Source of the DNA: a virus
Lineage: Duplodnaviria > Caudoviricetes
Virus record (IMG/VR): IMGVR_UViG_3300037419_000651
Coordinates: 1-35,973 of that record
Strand: one strand, 5' to 3'
Length of the DNA: 35,973 nucleotides
The notes under the pieces were generated by a model. The model made no database searches, was not told where the DNA came from, and was given only the letters and a program-made list of their open reading frames with translations. Positions 9,264 through 19,085 of this stretch are shown here, piece by piece (within the stretch, counting starts at the first letter, position 1; every line of letters starts with the position of its first letter). Both the position numbers and the translations under genes were made by a program.

Positions 9264-9271
9264 TATTTATA
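9264..9271 (-). promoter_or_regulatory. T4-type late promoter TATAAATA
   Basis: Exact consensus about 32 nt upstream of the ATG at 9232. Confidence 0.7.
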
Positions 9272-9298
9272 AAATTGGAGATTTTACCGTTTCTTGTC

Positions 9299-9751
9299 TT
9301 ATAGATTTTTAGATAGCCATTTGTTGTCACGTCGCAGCATCGAATAGATTAGAATATCTTCGCCGGGGCCAGCCCGATCACGGAGTCGACCTTCTAATTC
9401 AAATCCAAATTTTTCGATTAGTTTGATTGATTGATTATTATTTGGATGGACAGATGCGACAATTCGGCAGCAATCAAGATGGACAAATGCAAAGACTAGA
9501 AAGAGTCTGATGGCTCTACGAGTCATCCATACTTTGCCATCACCAGCCAAAGATATTTCGGCTTCCATCCCATGAGATAAAATTTTGATGTCATGGAACA
9601 CAAGGCCAGCTATCAACTGACCGTCATCATTTACAGCGCCGATTGTTCTGTAGAAATCTTCGCTAATTTCGCAGGGGAATTGGCGTCTTATCTGTTCAGT
9701 GACAAAATCTTTTATTTTTTCTTTTGGTTCTAGAATGTATGTGACTGACAA
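9299..9751 (-). CDS. GNAT-fold (RimJ-like) acetyltransferase-like assembly protein
   Basis: VHPNNNQSIKLIEKFGFELEGRLR motif; usual position after the podovirus nozzle gene. Confidence 0.8.
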   Translation of the reverse strand: MSVTYILEPKEKIKDFVTEQIRRQFPCEISEDFYRTIGAVNDDGQLIAGLVFHDIKILSHGMEAEISLAGDGKVWMTRRAIRLFLVFAFVHLDCCRIVASVHPNNNQSIKLIEKFGFELEGRLRDRAGPGEDILIYSMLRRDNKWLSKNL

Positions 9752-9754
9752 TGA

Positions 9755-11290
9755 CTAGATGACTCCGGCAACCGAAGCCACCAGTTCACAGGATTCCCAT
9801 TGTACGTTGTCGGCTTGTGAATAGAGTCTGATAACGGGCGAAACTGATAGGCCCATTTTGTTGACGCCATGCCAGCGCCGTACCACTTTAAGTTTTGATG
9901 ACCATAGCGAACCCCATGGTGAACCCCATGGCGTGATACCTGTACCAATGGTCATTCCATAGATAACGGTATCAATCGGTAATTCGTCAAAATCTACGTC
10001 AATCTGAAACTGGCCTTCCACCATCCCATCGGCTTTGACATTTGGCCGGATCATGGTGAAAAACTTGGTTCGTTCGTTCGTGATTGGATAAAAGTAGCCC
10101 TGTCTAGCAGTGGCTACAATTCGTTCGCCTGCATCAGTACCGCCTCTATGAATGCGAATATCAGTGCCAGCATTATCTGCAAAATATAAATCCGTGCCGG
10201 TAGATGCAAACTGTGCAACCGGCAATCCTGTGTATGTGGTCCATGCTGGTACACGAGTATTGAAGACATATTGTTTGGTTTCGCTGTTACCTGTGATGAT
10301 ATTAAAATAGACGATGCCAGCGTGATACGTGGCGCTCCATCCATCATTGAATCCATATCGCTGGTAATCGGCTTTCCAGCTTGGGGCTATCTTTCCCCAT
10401 GGGCCTAGCTTGGTTTCGTCATAGGCAAATCCCTGTGCGATAAGGGACAGGGGCAGGGGACCGTTTTGCGTGACCACAACCAATTCGCCGCCGATCTTGA
10501 CCGTGCAGCCGTATGAAGACGGGATAGGCGGTGGAGCGTTGAATCTGGCCACTAACTGGAAGCCAGTGGCATCACCTAGTCCCAAGCCGGGGTTGCCGGA
10601 ATAGACGAGAATTTCGCCTGTGGACATGACAAACACAGTGGTATCGGAAGGGCCTTCCCCGCCTGTCGCCATGGACCACGAGTTGATATCGACGCAGGTG
10701 CCGCCAGTGGCGATTTGCGATAGCTGGTGCTTGTTCAGAGCGCCGCCAACGGCTGATGAACCCGCATAGCAAACATCGGCAGAACCTTTGATGGTGAACC
10801 AAAGCCGGTCCCTGACAAGCTGCACAGTGGCCAGCTTGGCAACGTTGATGGAGTCACCAGTGAAGGATGCAGCGGCGAATGTGGTGCCGTTGTATATCCA
10901 TGGGGCATCAGTGCCATTAACGCCAACGATGTTGCCCGCTAGGTTTTCAGTATTCCAGCGGTCGTTGGTGATCGTTGTATTGGATATCTGGATAGGGCTG
11001 GTTCCAGAAACATCAAAAATCTTATTGTCGCCAGCCGCTAAAATGGTTCGTGCGGTTGGTGATGAATGGACAAAGATGGATTTATAAACAGTGTCGCCAG
11101 CGCAATGGGTATAATACCCCGGCCTGATATTGCACGATCCGGCATCCGGCAGGAAGTTCTCTAAAACTCGTGCTTCATCTGGCCTTAGTATGTTGAATGA
11201 GTCTCTGGTATTCAAACCTTGGAATGGTGCTGGAATAGATACGAGTTGACCGGCACCTTGGGATTCGGGAAAAATCTTTCTATTTGCCAT
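9755..11290 (-). CDS. Tail nozzle / head stabilisation protein (P22 gp10 / T7 gp12-like)
   Basis: 511 aa, beta-rich, PAPFQGLNTRD start, synteny. Confidence 0.75.
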   Translation of the reverse strand: MANRKIFPESQGAGQLVSIPAPFQGLNTRDSFNILRPDEARVLENFLPDAGSCNIRPGYYTHCAGDTVYKSIFVHSSPTARTILAAGDNKIFDVSGTSPIQISNTTITNDRWNTENLAGNIVGVNGTDAPWIYNGTTFAAASFTGDSINVAKLATVQLVRDRLWFTIKGSADVCYAGSSAVGGALNKHQLSQIATGGTCVDINSWSMATGGEGPSDTTVFVMSTGEILVYSGNPGLGLGDATGFQLVARFNAPPPIPSSYGCTVKIGGELVVVTQNGPLPLSLIAQGFAYDETKLGPWGKIAPSWKADYQRYGFNDGWSATYHAGIVYFNIITGNSETKQYVFNTRVPAWTTYTGLPVAQFASTGTDLYFADNAGTDIRIHRGGTDAGERIVATARQGYFYPITNERTKFFTMIRPNVKADGMVEGQFQIDVDFDELPIDTVIYGMTIGTGITPWGSPWGSLWSSKLKVVRRWHGVNKMGLSVSPVIRLYSQADNVQWESCELVASVAGVI

Positions 11291-11982
11291 TAAATTCCAA
11301 AATTAACCTCTGGAATGTTGGCATACATAGAATGTCGTTTGCGGCTTAGGTCGATTATAGGCTTTGGCCTATCAGCGCCTTGGATAGCGTCTATTGCTGC
11401 AATATAATCTGCTTTCAGTTCCGAATATGGTAATCCCTTGTTTGCAACAAATCTAAATTTTATGCCTCTTGCGACCAAATCACCATCAAATCGGCAGATA
11501 TCGGAATCCAATGAAAAATCTTTTTTTGGATTGCCGTCGATATCTTCAACATAGCAATTGGAATAGTAGTTAAATGATACCGTCTGTGCTGATGTTGGCA
11601 CCGGCATAAATTTTAATTTATTTTCTTCAATGATGAAACGCTTCAAGACGCTGGATATCAGCCCCGATTGAATTGCTTTCCATTCACGGTCGCCAGTTAC
11701 CGTAATTGATTCAGCAGTGGTATCATTCCAGAACGTCAATGAAATAGGTGACTGATAATCCGATGGAAGGTCATAGGCAGCTTGCCCCGGAACGGTCGTG
11801 ATTGTGTATGTGCGCTTAAGTGCCTGCCAAGTGTAATCTCTGTTAAGTTCCTTGCAAATTTGTGATGCAAATGCTCTTAACAGGATTGCATCTGGACTCT
11901 GATTTCCAACGATTGATTGCAGTTCATAACCAAGAAATTCACGTGCAACCACTTGGCATAGTTCCAAGAGGTTATCCGCCAT
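11290..11982 (-). CDS. Head-tail adaptor protein
   Basis: WQAL...TVPGQAAYDLPSDY...FMPVP motifs; synteny. Confidence 0.7.
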   Translation of the reverse strand: MADNLLELCQVVAREFLGYELQSIVGNQSPDAILLRAFASQICKELNRDYTWQALKRTYTITTVPGQAAYDLPSDYQSPISLTFWNDTTAESITVTGDREWKAIQSGLISSVLKRFIIEENKLKFMPVPTSAQTVSFNYYSNCYVEDIDGNPKKDFSLDSDICRFDGDLVARGIKFRFVANKGLPYSELKADYIAAIDAIQGADRPKPIIDLSRKRHSMYANIPEVNFGI

Positions 11983-11990
11983 TTATATTT

Positions 11991-12383
11991 TTATTCCTCT
12001 TTTTCTTTAGTCGCCTTAGTTGGCTTTGCCTTTTCTGCATCAGCTAATTTCTTTGCAACTTCGGCATCAATTCTGGCCTTCAATTCGGCTTCCTGTTTGG
12101 CCTGTTCAATTTCTCTGTTTTTCAGTTCGGATTCATAAGCATCAAAGACTTTTGAAAATCTGTCTCTGATAGCTGCAAATTCATGTGGTTCCCACTTGCT
12201 GGCAACAGCCCATGTATAGGAAACATCACGATTGATATTCTCTCCACCTTCAACCTTATGTTCGATAGCTGGAACCCATTTGTCGCCTTTCTCAAATTCG
12301 ACCATCCTGCCCCTGACAATTTCATTGGTATCTGGAACGGGATCGTTTGACCGGAACCACTCTGTAACTTGTCTAATTCTCAA
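11991..12383 (-). CDS. Hypothetical protein
   Basis: 130-aa ORF with AAAGGA RBS and charged C-terminus. Confidence 0.65.
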   Translation of the reverse strand: MRIRQVTEWFRSNDPVPDTNEIVRGRMVEFEKGDKWVPAIEHKVEGGENINRDVSYTWAVASKWEPHEFAAIRDRFSKVFDAYESELKNREIEQAKQEAELKARIDAEVAKKLADAEKAKPTKATKEKEE

Positions 12384-12410
12384 TATTTTTTCCTTTCAAT
12401 AAATTCCTAT

Positions 12411-12448
12411 AAAAATGGGGCATCTGTGGTTTGCACAGACACCCCATT
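12411..12448 (-). terminator. Hairpin/terminator after the capsid genes
   Basis: ATGGGG..TCTGTG/CACAGA..CCCCAT stem followed by T5 on the minus strand. Confidence 0.65.
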
Positions 12449-12453
12449 GAATC

Positions 12454-12461
12454 TATTTATA
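12454..12461 (-). promoter_or_regulatory. T4-type late promoter TATAAATA followed by GATTC
   Basis: Exact consensus, intergenic, co-oriented. Confidence 0.7.
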
Positions 12462-12481
12462 CGTTTCCTAATGTTCAGAAA

Positions 12482-12754
12482 TTAAGCCTGACTACCAGTG
12501 TCAATTTCATATACCCAACCGTAACCGTTGGCAGGAAGGGAAACAGTAGTCTGGAAATTGCCGCTGGTGTTAGCCGTGGCCACGAATGAACTGGAAACCT
12601 TGACAACCGTATTAGCGGCAATAAGGGCGCTGGCCTGAACATAGACATAGCGTCTCATGTCGTTAGCTAGAGCCTGATCACCTATGGCTGTTTCGGGAAC
12701 CGTACTGGTGCGGGAAAGTGAAAAGCCCACTTTCCCATCTGTAATAAACGCCAT
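12482..12754 (-). CDS. Capsid decoration/cement protein
   Basis: 90 aa, beta-rich, YVYVQA...GYGWV, directly after the major capsid gene. Confidence 0.6.
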   Translation of the reverse strand: MAFITDGKVGFSLSRTSTVPETAIGDQALANDMRRYVYVQASALIAANTVVKVSSSFVATANTSGNFQTTVSLPANGYGWVYEIDTGSQA

Positions 12755-12765
12755 GTCTGTTACCC

Positions 12766-13722
12766 TTAGCCTACGATGACAGCCTGATTTCTGCGACCAG
12801 AAACAGTCATGTTGCCGCCCCAGAAAATAGGAATCACATAAGCATCCTGATTAACTGAATCCTTGGCCTTGCCAGTGATAAAGTTTCTCTTTTCATGCGG
12901 TCTAAAGTGAATGAACTTGGTGTTAAGAACATACATTCTAGTCGCCGCACAATTAGGGTCATAAGTGACTACAGCCTTTTTGTACTTGTAGCCGTTAAAT
13001 GAAGCCTGTGCAGTATCCGCATCAACGAACATCTTTTGTTCACGCATCGCCTTTTCAAAGAAGCCGAAATATGTAGCGCCAGCTACAACCAAATCTGGAA
13101 CGGATGAACCGAAAGATACATTCATGTATGCATCGTCAAGAGCATCGATAATGGTATCTTTTGATGCAGTAGCTGAATGGTCTGAAAAATCATAAACGTA
13201 GTTTTTCCAGAACGTATTAGCGCTGGAATCGATACCGCCGACCGTGCCAACACCAGTATCAGATACAAGGTGCTGTAGACCACCAATGGCCTTACCCGAT
13301 GCTTCCGAGTTGGAATAGAACAGGGCAGCGCCGATGGCGTTAGACAAAGCGGTTTCGGCGTTTGAAATTTTCGCCCTGAAAAAATCATGCATCTTGGATT
13401 TACCAGCATGAATCATTTCATCACGGCCAGAGAACGTTACGTGTGCAGCAGCTTGCTTGATGGCAAAGTTTGCAGTCGTAAGAGATTCTTCCTGATCGGT
13501 ATTCAGAGTTTCAGCGCCAGAGTACCAAGCGGTAGACAATGAGCCGGCGTATGAAAGATTTTGCAGGATTTCGGCACCACCGTCGAACGTATTGACGTTG
13601 CCATTTTTCGTTACGTATGAAAGTAGCGCATTGTTTTGAGAAATGTTGTCTGCGAAATTCTTTGAGTAGTTAGCAATTGCAGCAGATAACGCTTCCGAAT
13701 AGTTATTGTTTGGAGAAGCCAA
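12766..13722 (-). CDS. Major capsid protein
   Basis: 318 aa; FADNISQNNALL, WYSGAETL, GTVGGID, NQDA motifs; follows the scaffold gene; TTG start. Confidence 0.9.
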   Translation of the reverse strand: MASPNNNYSEALSAAIANYSKNFADNISQNNALLSYVTKNGNVNTFDGGAEILQNLSYAGSLSTAWYSGAETLNTDQEESLTTANFAIKQAAAHVTFSGRDEMIHAGKSKMHDFFRAKISNAETALSNAIGAALFYSNSEASGKAIGGLQHLVSDTGVGTVGGIDSSANTFWKNYVYDFSDHSATASKDTIIDALDDAYMNVSFGSSVPDLVVAGATYFGFFEKAMREQKMFVDADTAQASFNGYKYKKAVVTYDPNCAATRMYVLNTKFIHFRPHEKRNFITGKAKDSVNQDAYVIPIFWGGNMTVSGRRNQAVIVG

Positions 13723-13748
13723 TTTAATTACCTATGTTGTTATTATTG

Positions 13749-14834
13749 TTAGAGTCCATATTCCCCAAGTGTTTCTGAAATAATATCATCTAAAGACATA
13801 TTGGCTTTTACGGCTGGAACATGTGAGCCAACTTGTGGCTTGATTGTTCTAGCTGCTTTGCCTCTTTCTGCCTCTAAAGCGGCCTTTTGTCTCTGAACTT
13901 CCATTTCAACAAATTTGTTATGATTTTTGGCAATTGCCAAATCATAAGCCATTCTGAATTTTTGTTCAGGGTCAGCCATGGATTTAATCGCTGGCGTACC
14001 AGTGATAATATCGGCCATGGTATCCGCTAATTCTTCATCGAAATGTGGAAAGACAGGATTGCCTTCCTCATCCTTGAGATTAGCCGCATTGTTCACATAT
14101 GTCTGAAAGTGGTCAAACTGCGCTTGCTGTTGTGCCTGTTGCCAAGCATTCTGCATTTGCGCATTAAACTGTTTCACACCATTCAGTTCATCTTGGAGTT
14201 TTTTCACCATCGGATCAACAAATGTATCATCTGTTTTTTCCGCTGATGTTGTGGTTCCAAATAGCTGTTCTGGTTTGAGTCCGACTTGCTGCATTACCAT
14301 CTTGATATGTGCAACCGGATCGTTAATCAGGTTGGTGTAGCCTTGAATGATTTGATTGACAAAATCGGTTTTAGAAATACCGGATTGCCCCAACATCTGT
14401 TCAAAGTTTTTCAAGTTGGCATCTACAGCTTCCCAACTCTTACGTTGTTCAGCGTATTTTTCACCCTGTTTGCTTAGTCCACGTTCAGCATCTTTTGCCT
14501 GATGTAACCATGCCTTTTTGGCTTCTGGTGACAACGTTTCAAAGATTGCCTTATGTTCACTAGGCCAGTGTTCAGGAGGATTCAGAATATCCGCCTTATC
14601 GGCAGACTCATCATCTTCTGTTTTTTTTGCTTTTGCTACTTCCTCTGGAATATCCGCATTTGCAGACTCCAAATTCGTGTTATCGGCATTTTCTACAGTT
14701 GCCGAACTGTCGTTCTCATTAGCTTCAAAATCGTCCAGCGCTGAATTGATAATTGAATCTAAAGAATTGTTATCGTCATCCTGACCAGCATTGCCCTTTT
14801 CAGAGCCGCTTTCAGTCGAAATGTCTTTTGTCAT
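13749..14834 (-). CDS. Capsid scaffolding protein
   Basis: Acidic N-terminus, PPEHW motif, coiled coils; located between portal and capsid. Confidence 0.8.
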   Translation of the reverse strand: MTKDISTESGSEKGNAGQDDDNNSLDSIINSALDDFEANENDSSATVENADNTNLESANADIPEEVAKAKKTEDDESADKADILNPPEHWPSEHKAIFETLSPEAKKAWLHQAKDAERGLSKQGEKYAEQRKSWEAVDANLKNFEQMLGQSGISKTDFVNQIIQGYTNLINDPVAHIKMVMQQVGLKPEQLFGTTTSAEKTDDTFVDPMVKKLQDELNGVKQFNAQMQNAWQQAQQQAQFDHFQTYVNNAANLKDEEGNPVFPHFDEELADTMADIITGTPAIKSMADPEQKFRMAYDLAIAKNHNKFVEMEVQRQKAALEAERGKAARTIKPQVGSHVPAVKANMSLDDIISETLGEYGL

Positions 14835-14839
14835 GAATC

Positions 14840-14879
14840 TATTTATCTTTCCTTTTTATAGTTGACGTATATATTTATA
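14840..14879 (-). promoter_or_regulatory. Tandem T4-type late promoters (ATAAATA 14840..14846; TATAAATA 14872..14879)
   Basis: Two motifs upstream of the scaffold/capsid operon. Confidence 0.7.
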
Positions 14880-14913
14880 AAATATTTGATTTCACGATTC
14901 CTTGGTGCTGATG

Positions 14914-15222
14914 TTATTCCGGATCAACCCAACTCGTAGGCGTATCGGCAGCAGCCGCTAGAGCCGCCTTGTGCCGCTTGTCAGCCTGACCCATGATATC
15001 CAGATCACGGCCAACCTGATAAACGTGGCGGCTCTTTTCATAATCTCTTAGCTGTGAACGAGATGAAATCAGAACATCATCTATTGGGGATACAAATTCC
15101 CCAATATCCTGCATCAAGGTTGGTGCTTCTGGTTTCCAAGCTTTTAGTTCTTTTTCGGAAAACATTGGTTGGTGGTTTTCATCCACCATCGTTTTTAAAT
15201 TTTTATCCCAATGGTACTTCAA
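14914..15222 (-). CDS. Hypothetical protein between portal and scaffold
   Basis: DIGEFVSPIDDVLISSRSQLRDY motif, recalled from podovirus head modules. Confidence 0.65.
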   Translation of the reverse strand: MKYHWDKNLKTMVDENHQPMFSEKELKAWKPEAPTLMQDIGEFVSPIDDVLISSRSQLRDYEKSRHVYQVGRDLDIMGQADKRHKAALAAAADTPTSWVDPE

Positions 15223-17359
15223 TAGTCGGCGCTCTTTCCTGCTCGTATATTTTCAGTTTCTTTAGTTCTAGTTCCAGTTCCTTGATTCTTGCATCCATGG
15301 CCTTGTTCTGCATATCAAGGGCGGTTGTCTCATTCTTTTGAGATAGAACCGCAATCTGCATTTCAATTTCTTTTTGTTTCAGTTGCAAATTGATTTGCGC
15401 TTCCTGAACGGCCAATTCAGCAAGTTTCTGTTCCTTGGCAATTTTGATTTGTGTCAGTTGTGCGTCTTGCTCTAGTTTCTTTCTTTCCAGTTCTATCAAT
15501 GGGTCTTGTGTTGCTGGTGCTGGTGGCATCTTCATTAGCTGGTCCATTGTCGTTTCAATGGTATCTTCCAATTGACGGCCAACTTTGAATGATTTGGAAA
15601 TGAACAGAATTGTTTCTTTGACCATCGGTCCAAGGGCAGGGGCTTGCTGCATTGCAGGGATAGACGTTTGCAACAGCGATTGAATGGTGGAGACGAACTC
15701 CATCCGTTGGGCTTTTTCAGTTTCCGAATTTTCGAAGGCGGTAATGTCTGTTTCGACATTTATCGAATAGTTTCTACGGTCATCGGAACGGATGATTTCT
15801 GAAATTTCTTCCCATGAAACGGCGTTTGCCAGCGCCTGCATTTCGGCTACGGCTTCCGGTGGTAAATGCGCCAATGGGTCTTGTGGCAGCATCTGCATGG
15901 CAGCAGCGGCCATCTGGGGGTTCTGTTGCGCTGCCTGTGCTATTTGCGGATTGCTGGCCATCTGTTGGGCCTGTGCCTTGGCAGCTTGTGCCTGTGCGCC
16001 CATGGCCAGCAGTTGGCGGATTTGGTCACGCTTGGCCGCTGTAGGCATGGAAATGCCAGTCATGATTTCAAGCTGTTCACGGCTGAAATGTTCAGACATG
16101 ATTTCGACCATCATCCGCATCAACTCACGAATGAAATCCTGAACAGCACGTTTCTTGCGGTCAAAGCGTTGGGAACCTGCACGAGCCTTGATTTCCTGTG
16201 CAGCAGCGGTTTCGTATTCTTGGCCTTGGCCTCTTAGAATGTCTGATATGCCAGTCAGTTCGTAGATGGTTTGAAGGGTCTTATCTCTCTGGACGTGCAG
16301 CCCTTCCAATGTGGTGATTATGGGGGTCAAGTCTCGAACCATAAATGCAGCAGAAATGCCGCCTCGCTCGGCTATGTAACTGGCACCAGCGAACGGAAGG
16401 AATTGACCGTCTTTCAGTTGGCCGATATTCGCTAATGTTTCGGCATCCTGTGTGTTCTTGTCATAGACGCCACAGTATTTTAGCTGTTCGGTCAGTTCCG
16501 AAATTCTATCATTAATATGGTCAAGTTCATTGGCCTGATCCTGATACAAAGCAAATTCTGGCCTTGGAACTAATGTGCTTGTAGTCGTGATCGCAAACAA
16601 TGGTTTTGGGCACGGAAAGAAATCTTGCAATCTGTAAGGGTCATCATCGACCTTGAGGATTACATCGCATCCTTCCGACACATATATTCTGGTTTTAGAC
16701 GCCTTGTCCCAAATCTCCCATACCTCTGCCCTTTTACCGGCATCGGTGCCATCTTTGTCAGCTTTCTTGAAATCAGCATCGGTAGCCGTATAGCTGATGC
16801 GATCTTCGAATTCTTCGAACTCTCTCTTGATATCGTCTTTGGAAAATAGATGCTTTCTGGCAACCCACGGAACATTGTTCCAGCGCTTGGCTGAACCATG
16901 CCTGAAATCCTTCCAATCGACATGGACGGTTTTCACAGATTTGGAATTTTCATTTACATCTAATTCAATCCAGCAGGTGCCACGCCCCGGCAGCAGCATG
17001 TTTTCAATGGCTGCTTCAATCTCGCCTGTGAAATCGAAATGACTGATGCATGAGACAAGAGAACGCTCCATCACAATGGCAGCGGTCTTTGTTATCTTTT
17101 CATCATGTCCGGGTTTTGGAAACTGGCGTCTAACATCAGGATTACCAGCCCTCGTGAACAGAGCCGGTTTCATAACTTCTGTGTTAGCCCAAAGGATGTT
17201 TACCTTGTTATCGGAACTTTCATGTTCTTCTTGTTCATCCCGATAACGTGCAACAATGGCATCGCCTGCCTTGTGCCAGTTTTTTTCACGCCTTTCCGAA
17301 AGTGTTAGTTGTGTAAGCCAATGGCTGGATTCGCTTCCAGCTTCTAGTTTTTTTGCCAA
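15203..17359 (-). CDS. Portal protein (long, with C-terminal coiled-coil barrel)
   Basis: 718 aa after terL; NILWANT, VWEIWDK, FFPCPKPL, ELTGISDILRG motifs. Confidence 0.9.
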   Translation of the reverse strand: MAKKLEAGSESSHWLTQLTLSERREKNWHKAGDAIVARYRDEQEEHESSDNKVNILWANTEVMKPALFTRAGNPDVRRQFPKPGHDEKITKTAAIVMERSLVSCISHFDFTGEIEAAIENMLLPGRGTCWIELDVNENSKSVKTVHVDWKDFRHGSAKRWNNVPWVARKHLFSKDDIKREFEEFEDRISYTATDADFKKADKDGTDAGKRAEVWEIWDKASKTRIYVSEGCDVILKVDDDPYRLQDFFPCPKPLFAITTTSTLVPRPEFALYQDQANELDHINDRISELTEQLKYCGVYDKNTQDAETLANIGQLKDGQFLPFAGASYIAERGGISAAFMVRDLTPIITTLEGLHVQRDKTLQTIYELTGISDILRGQGQEYETAAAQEIKARAGSQRFDRKKRAVQDFIRELMRMMVEIMSEHFSREQLEIMTGISMPTAAKRDQIRQLLAMGAQAQAAKAQAQQMASNPQIAQAAQQNPQMAAAAMQMLPQDPLAHLPPEAVAEMQALANAVSWEEISEIIRSDDRRNYSINVETDITAFENSETEKAQRMEFVSTIQSLLQTSIPAMQQAPALGPMVKETILFISKSFKVGRQLEDTIETTMDQLMKMPPAPATQDPLIELERKKLEQDAQLTQIKIAKEQKLAELAVQEAQINLQLKQKEIEMQIAVLSQKNETTALDMQNKAMDARIKELELELKKLKIYEQERAPTIEVPLG

Positions 17360-17395
17360 AAGATTGTACCTTAGGTGTGCCTTTCCGTATGAATC

Positions 17396-17402
17396 TATTT
17401 AG
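17396..17402 (-). promoter_or_regulatory. T4-type late promoter motif CTAAATA followed by GATTC
   Basis: About 37 nt upstream of the portal start. Confidence 0.7.
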
Positions 17403-17409
17403 TTTCCGA

Positions 17410-18894
17410 TTAAAGTCTCTGCCTTCTGGAATTCTCAACAATGACCATATTAGTCAGTTCACCCATCGTTGGGTTCCTAAAAACAGGCTTTGGCTTGGGT
17501 GCATTTGTTGCTGATGTCCATGGACGTGACATACAGCCATATCTAAGAGCATCAGCCAAGTGATCTTCGGCAGGCCGGGTAATCATATCTTCCGGCTTTT
17601 TAGGGTCGTGTTGCTGCAATGGCAGTGTGCGAATTAGGTGTTCACAGCTATCGAAGATATACAGCATCGGCCTGTCATGGGTGCCTCTTAGACGCTGCCT
17701 GACAGCCAACCATCCGGGAATGCGGGTATTGTCGCCCCTACGAAAATAGACGTTAACGGAAGCCGCCATTTCCATCCAAGATGGTCCGACCGTGTGATTG
17801 CGGGCAGCAGGGTCAATCACCCTGTCATCGGCCCTGTCATCTGCCAGCCGTTCTATCTTTTTAATTTCTAGCGCAATCTCGACTGGCGTTAGGCGTTGGC
17901 CTTCATTGAATTTCAGCTTGCCATTTTTATCGTATGTGCAGCCGTAATATTCTCGATAAACGACAAGAGCATCCTTAGGAATGAACTTACCTGATGATGT
18001 TATGTGGTCTTCGGAAGCTACAGCCAGCCATAGGAACGCAAACGGCTCTGCAAAGCCAACGTCGCCAGCACAGATGCGATTCCAGTGCTTGGGAATTTCG
18101 AACGGCTCTATGACATGCTTGGCTGTAGAGAATTCCGAGAAGAATGCACCAGCCAGAATGTTCCAATCGCCGTAGCGCATGGCCCTGACCAGTTCGGGCG
18201 ATCCCAAGCCTTGGAGCGAGTCCACATAGGTTGGGTCTTCTTCCATCAGGGTAGGGTTATCCTCGACCAGCGCCGGGATGAATTGACGCTTTCTGGAACC
18301 TTCCTCTGGCGGCATCTGGCGGATTTCCAGCGGCAATGCGCCGTCAACGAACATCTGCTTAAGCCATGCGTGGCCTATGCCACCGGGGTTCGATGAAATC
18401 AGGATTCTTGGAAATTTTCCCCTGTACTGTGGGGGTATCTGCAAACCGGTCATACGAACACGGCCACGCAATTGTTTGTACATGCTTTCAGTGAACGATG
18501 ATGCTTCATCGATCATGAGAACGTGAAATTCGTTTGAAAGGAATTTGGCAACATCTTCTTCCAAGGCAACACCTTTCAGGAAGATGCGGGAACCATTCGT
18601 GAAACGGATTTCTTCGGCCAGCACCTTGACGTGACCTGACCTGACCAATGGATTGAGAAGGGCTATAAAGCCAGATGGTCCCTGAACATGGGACTTGTAC
18701 AATTCATCAAATGTACGTCTGAAAAGATAAATCTGGATGCCGGGAATTTGCAGGCACCATGCAATAGCGGAAACACGCATCAAATATGATTTGCCGCCAC
18801 CGGCAGCGCCGCCATACAGAATTTCAGTGGCGGGTGATGTAAAAGCTATTGCCTGCTTATCGTGCAGTTTAAAATCTAGAGTTGGTACTGACAT
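17410..18894 (-). CDS. terL: Terminase large subunit
   Basis: Walker A YGGAAGGGKS, Walker B MIDEA, SSNPGG coupling motif, nuclease DVGF...DHLADALRY. Confidence 0.95.
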   Translation of the reverse strand: MSVPTLDFKLHDKQAIAFTSPATEILYGGAAGGGKSYLMRVSAIAWCLQIPGIQIYLFRRTFDELYKSHVQGPSGFIALLNPLVRSGHVKVLAEEIRFTNGSRIFLKGVALEEDVAKFLSNEFHVLMIDEASSFTESMYKQLRGRVRMTGLQIPPQYRGKFPRILISSNPGGIGHAWLKQMFVDGALPLEIRQMPPEEGSRKRQFIPALVEDNPTLMEEDPTYVDSLQGLGSPELVRAMRYGDWNILAGAFFSEFSTAKHVIEPFEIPKHWNRICAGDVGFAEPFAFLWLAVASEDHITSSGKFIPKDALVVYREYYGCTYDKNGKLKFNEGQRLTPVEIALEIKKIERLADDRADDRVIDPAARNHTVGPSWMEMAASVNVYFRRGDNTRIPGWLAVRQRLRGTHDRPMLYIFDSCEHLIRTLPLQQHDPKKPEDMITRPAEDHLADALRYGCMSRPWTSATNAPKPKPVFRNPTMGELTNMVIVENSRRQRL

Positions 18895-18908
18895 TTTTCC
18901 TTATGTTG

Positions 18909-19085
18909 TTAATTCCATGTGCCGTCCAATTTCGCCTGAATGAAATCCTTGACAGCTTCATTGTAGAGTTCTTCTGAATTTGGAAATGGCATATGTCTAA
19001 TCCGATTCAGTTTCATGTAATCTTCATCGTCTTCCAGATCGTCCAATAGGTCGATATATTTTCTCGCAATGTCGCCAGCCATCAT
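18909..19085 (-). CDS. Small hypothetical protein (58 aa)
   Basis: MMAGDIARKYIDLLDDLEDDEDY...; ATGA overlap with the terS stop; fills the gap; below the track cutoff. Confidence 0.6.
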   Translation of the reverse strand: MMAGDIARKYIDLLDDLEDDEDYMKLNRIRHMPFPNSEELYNEAVKDFIQAKLDGTWN

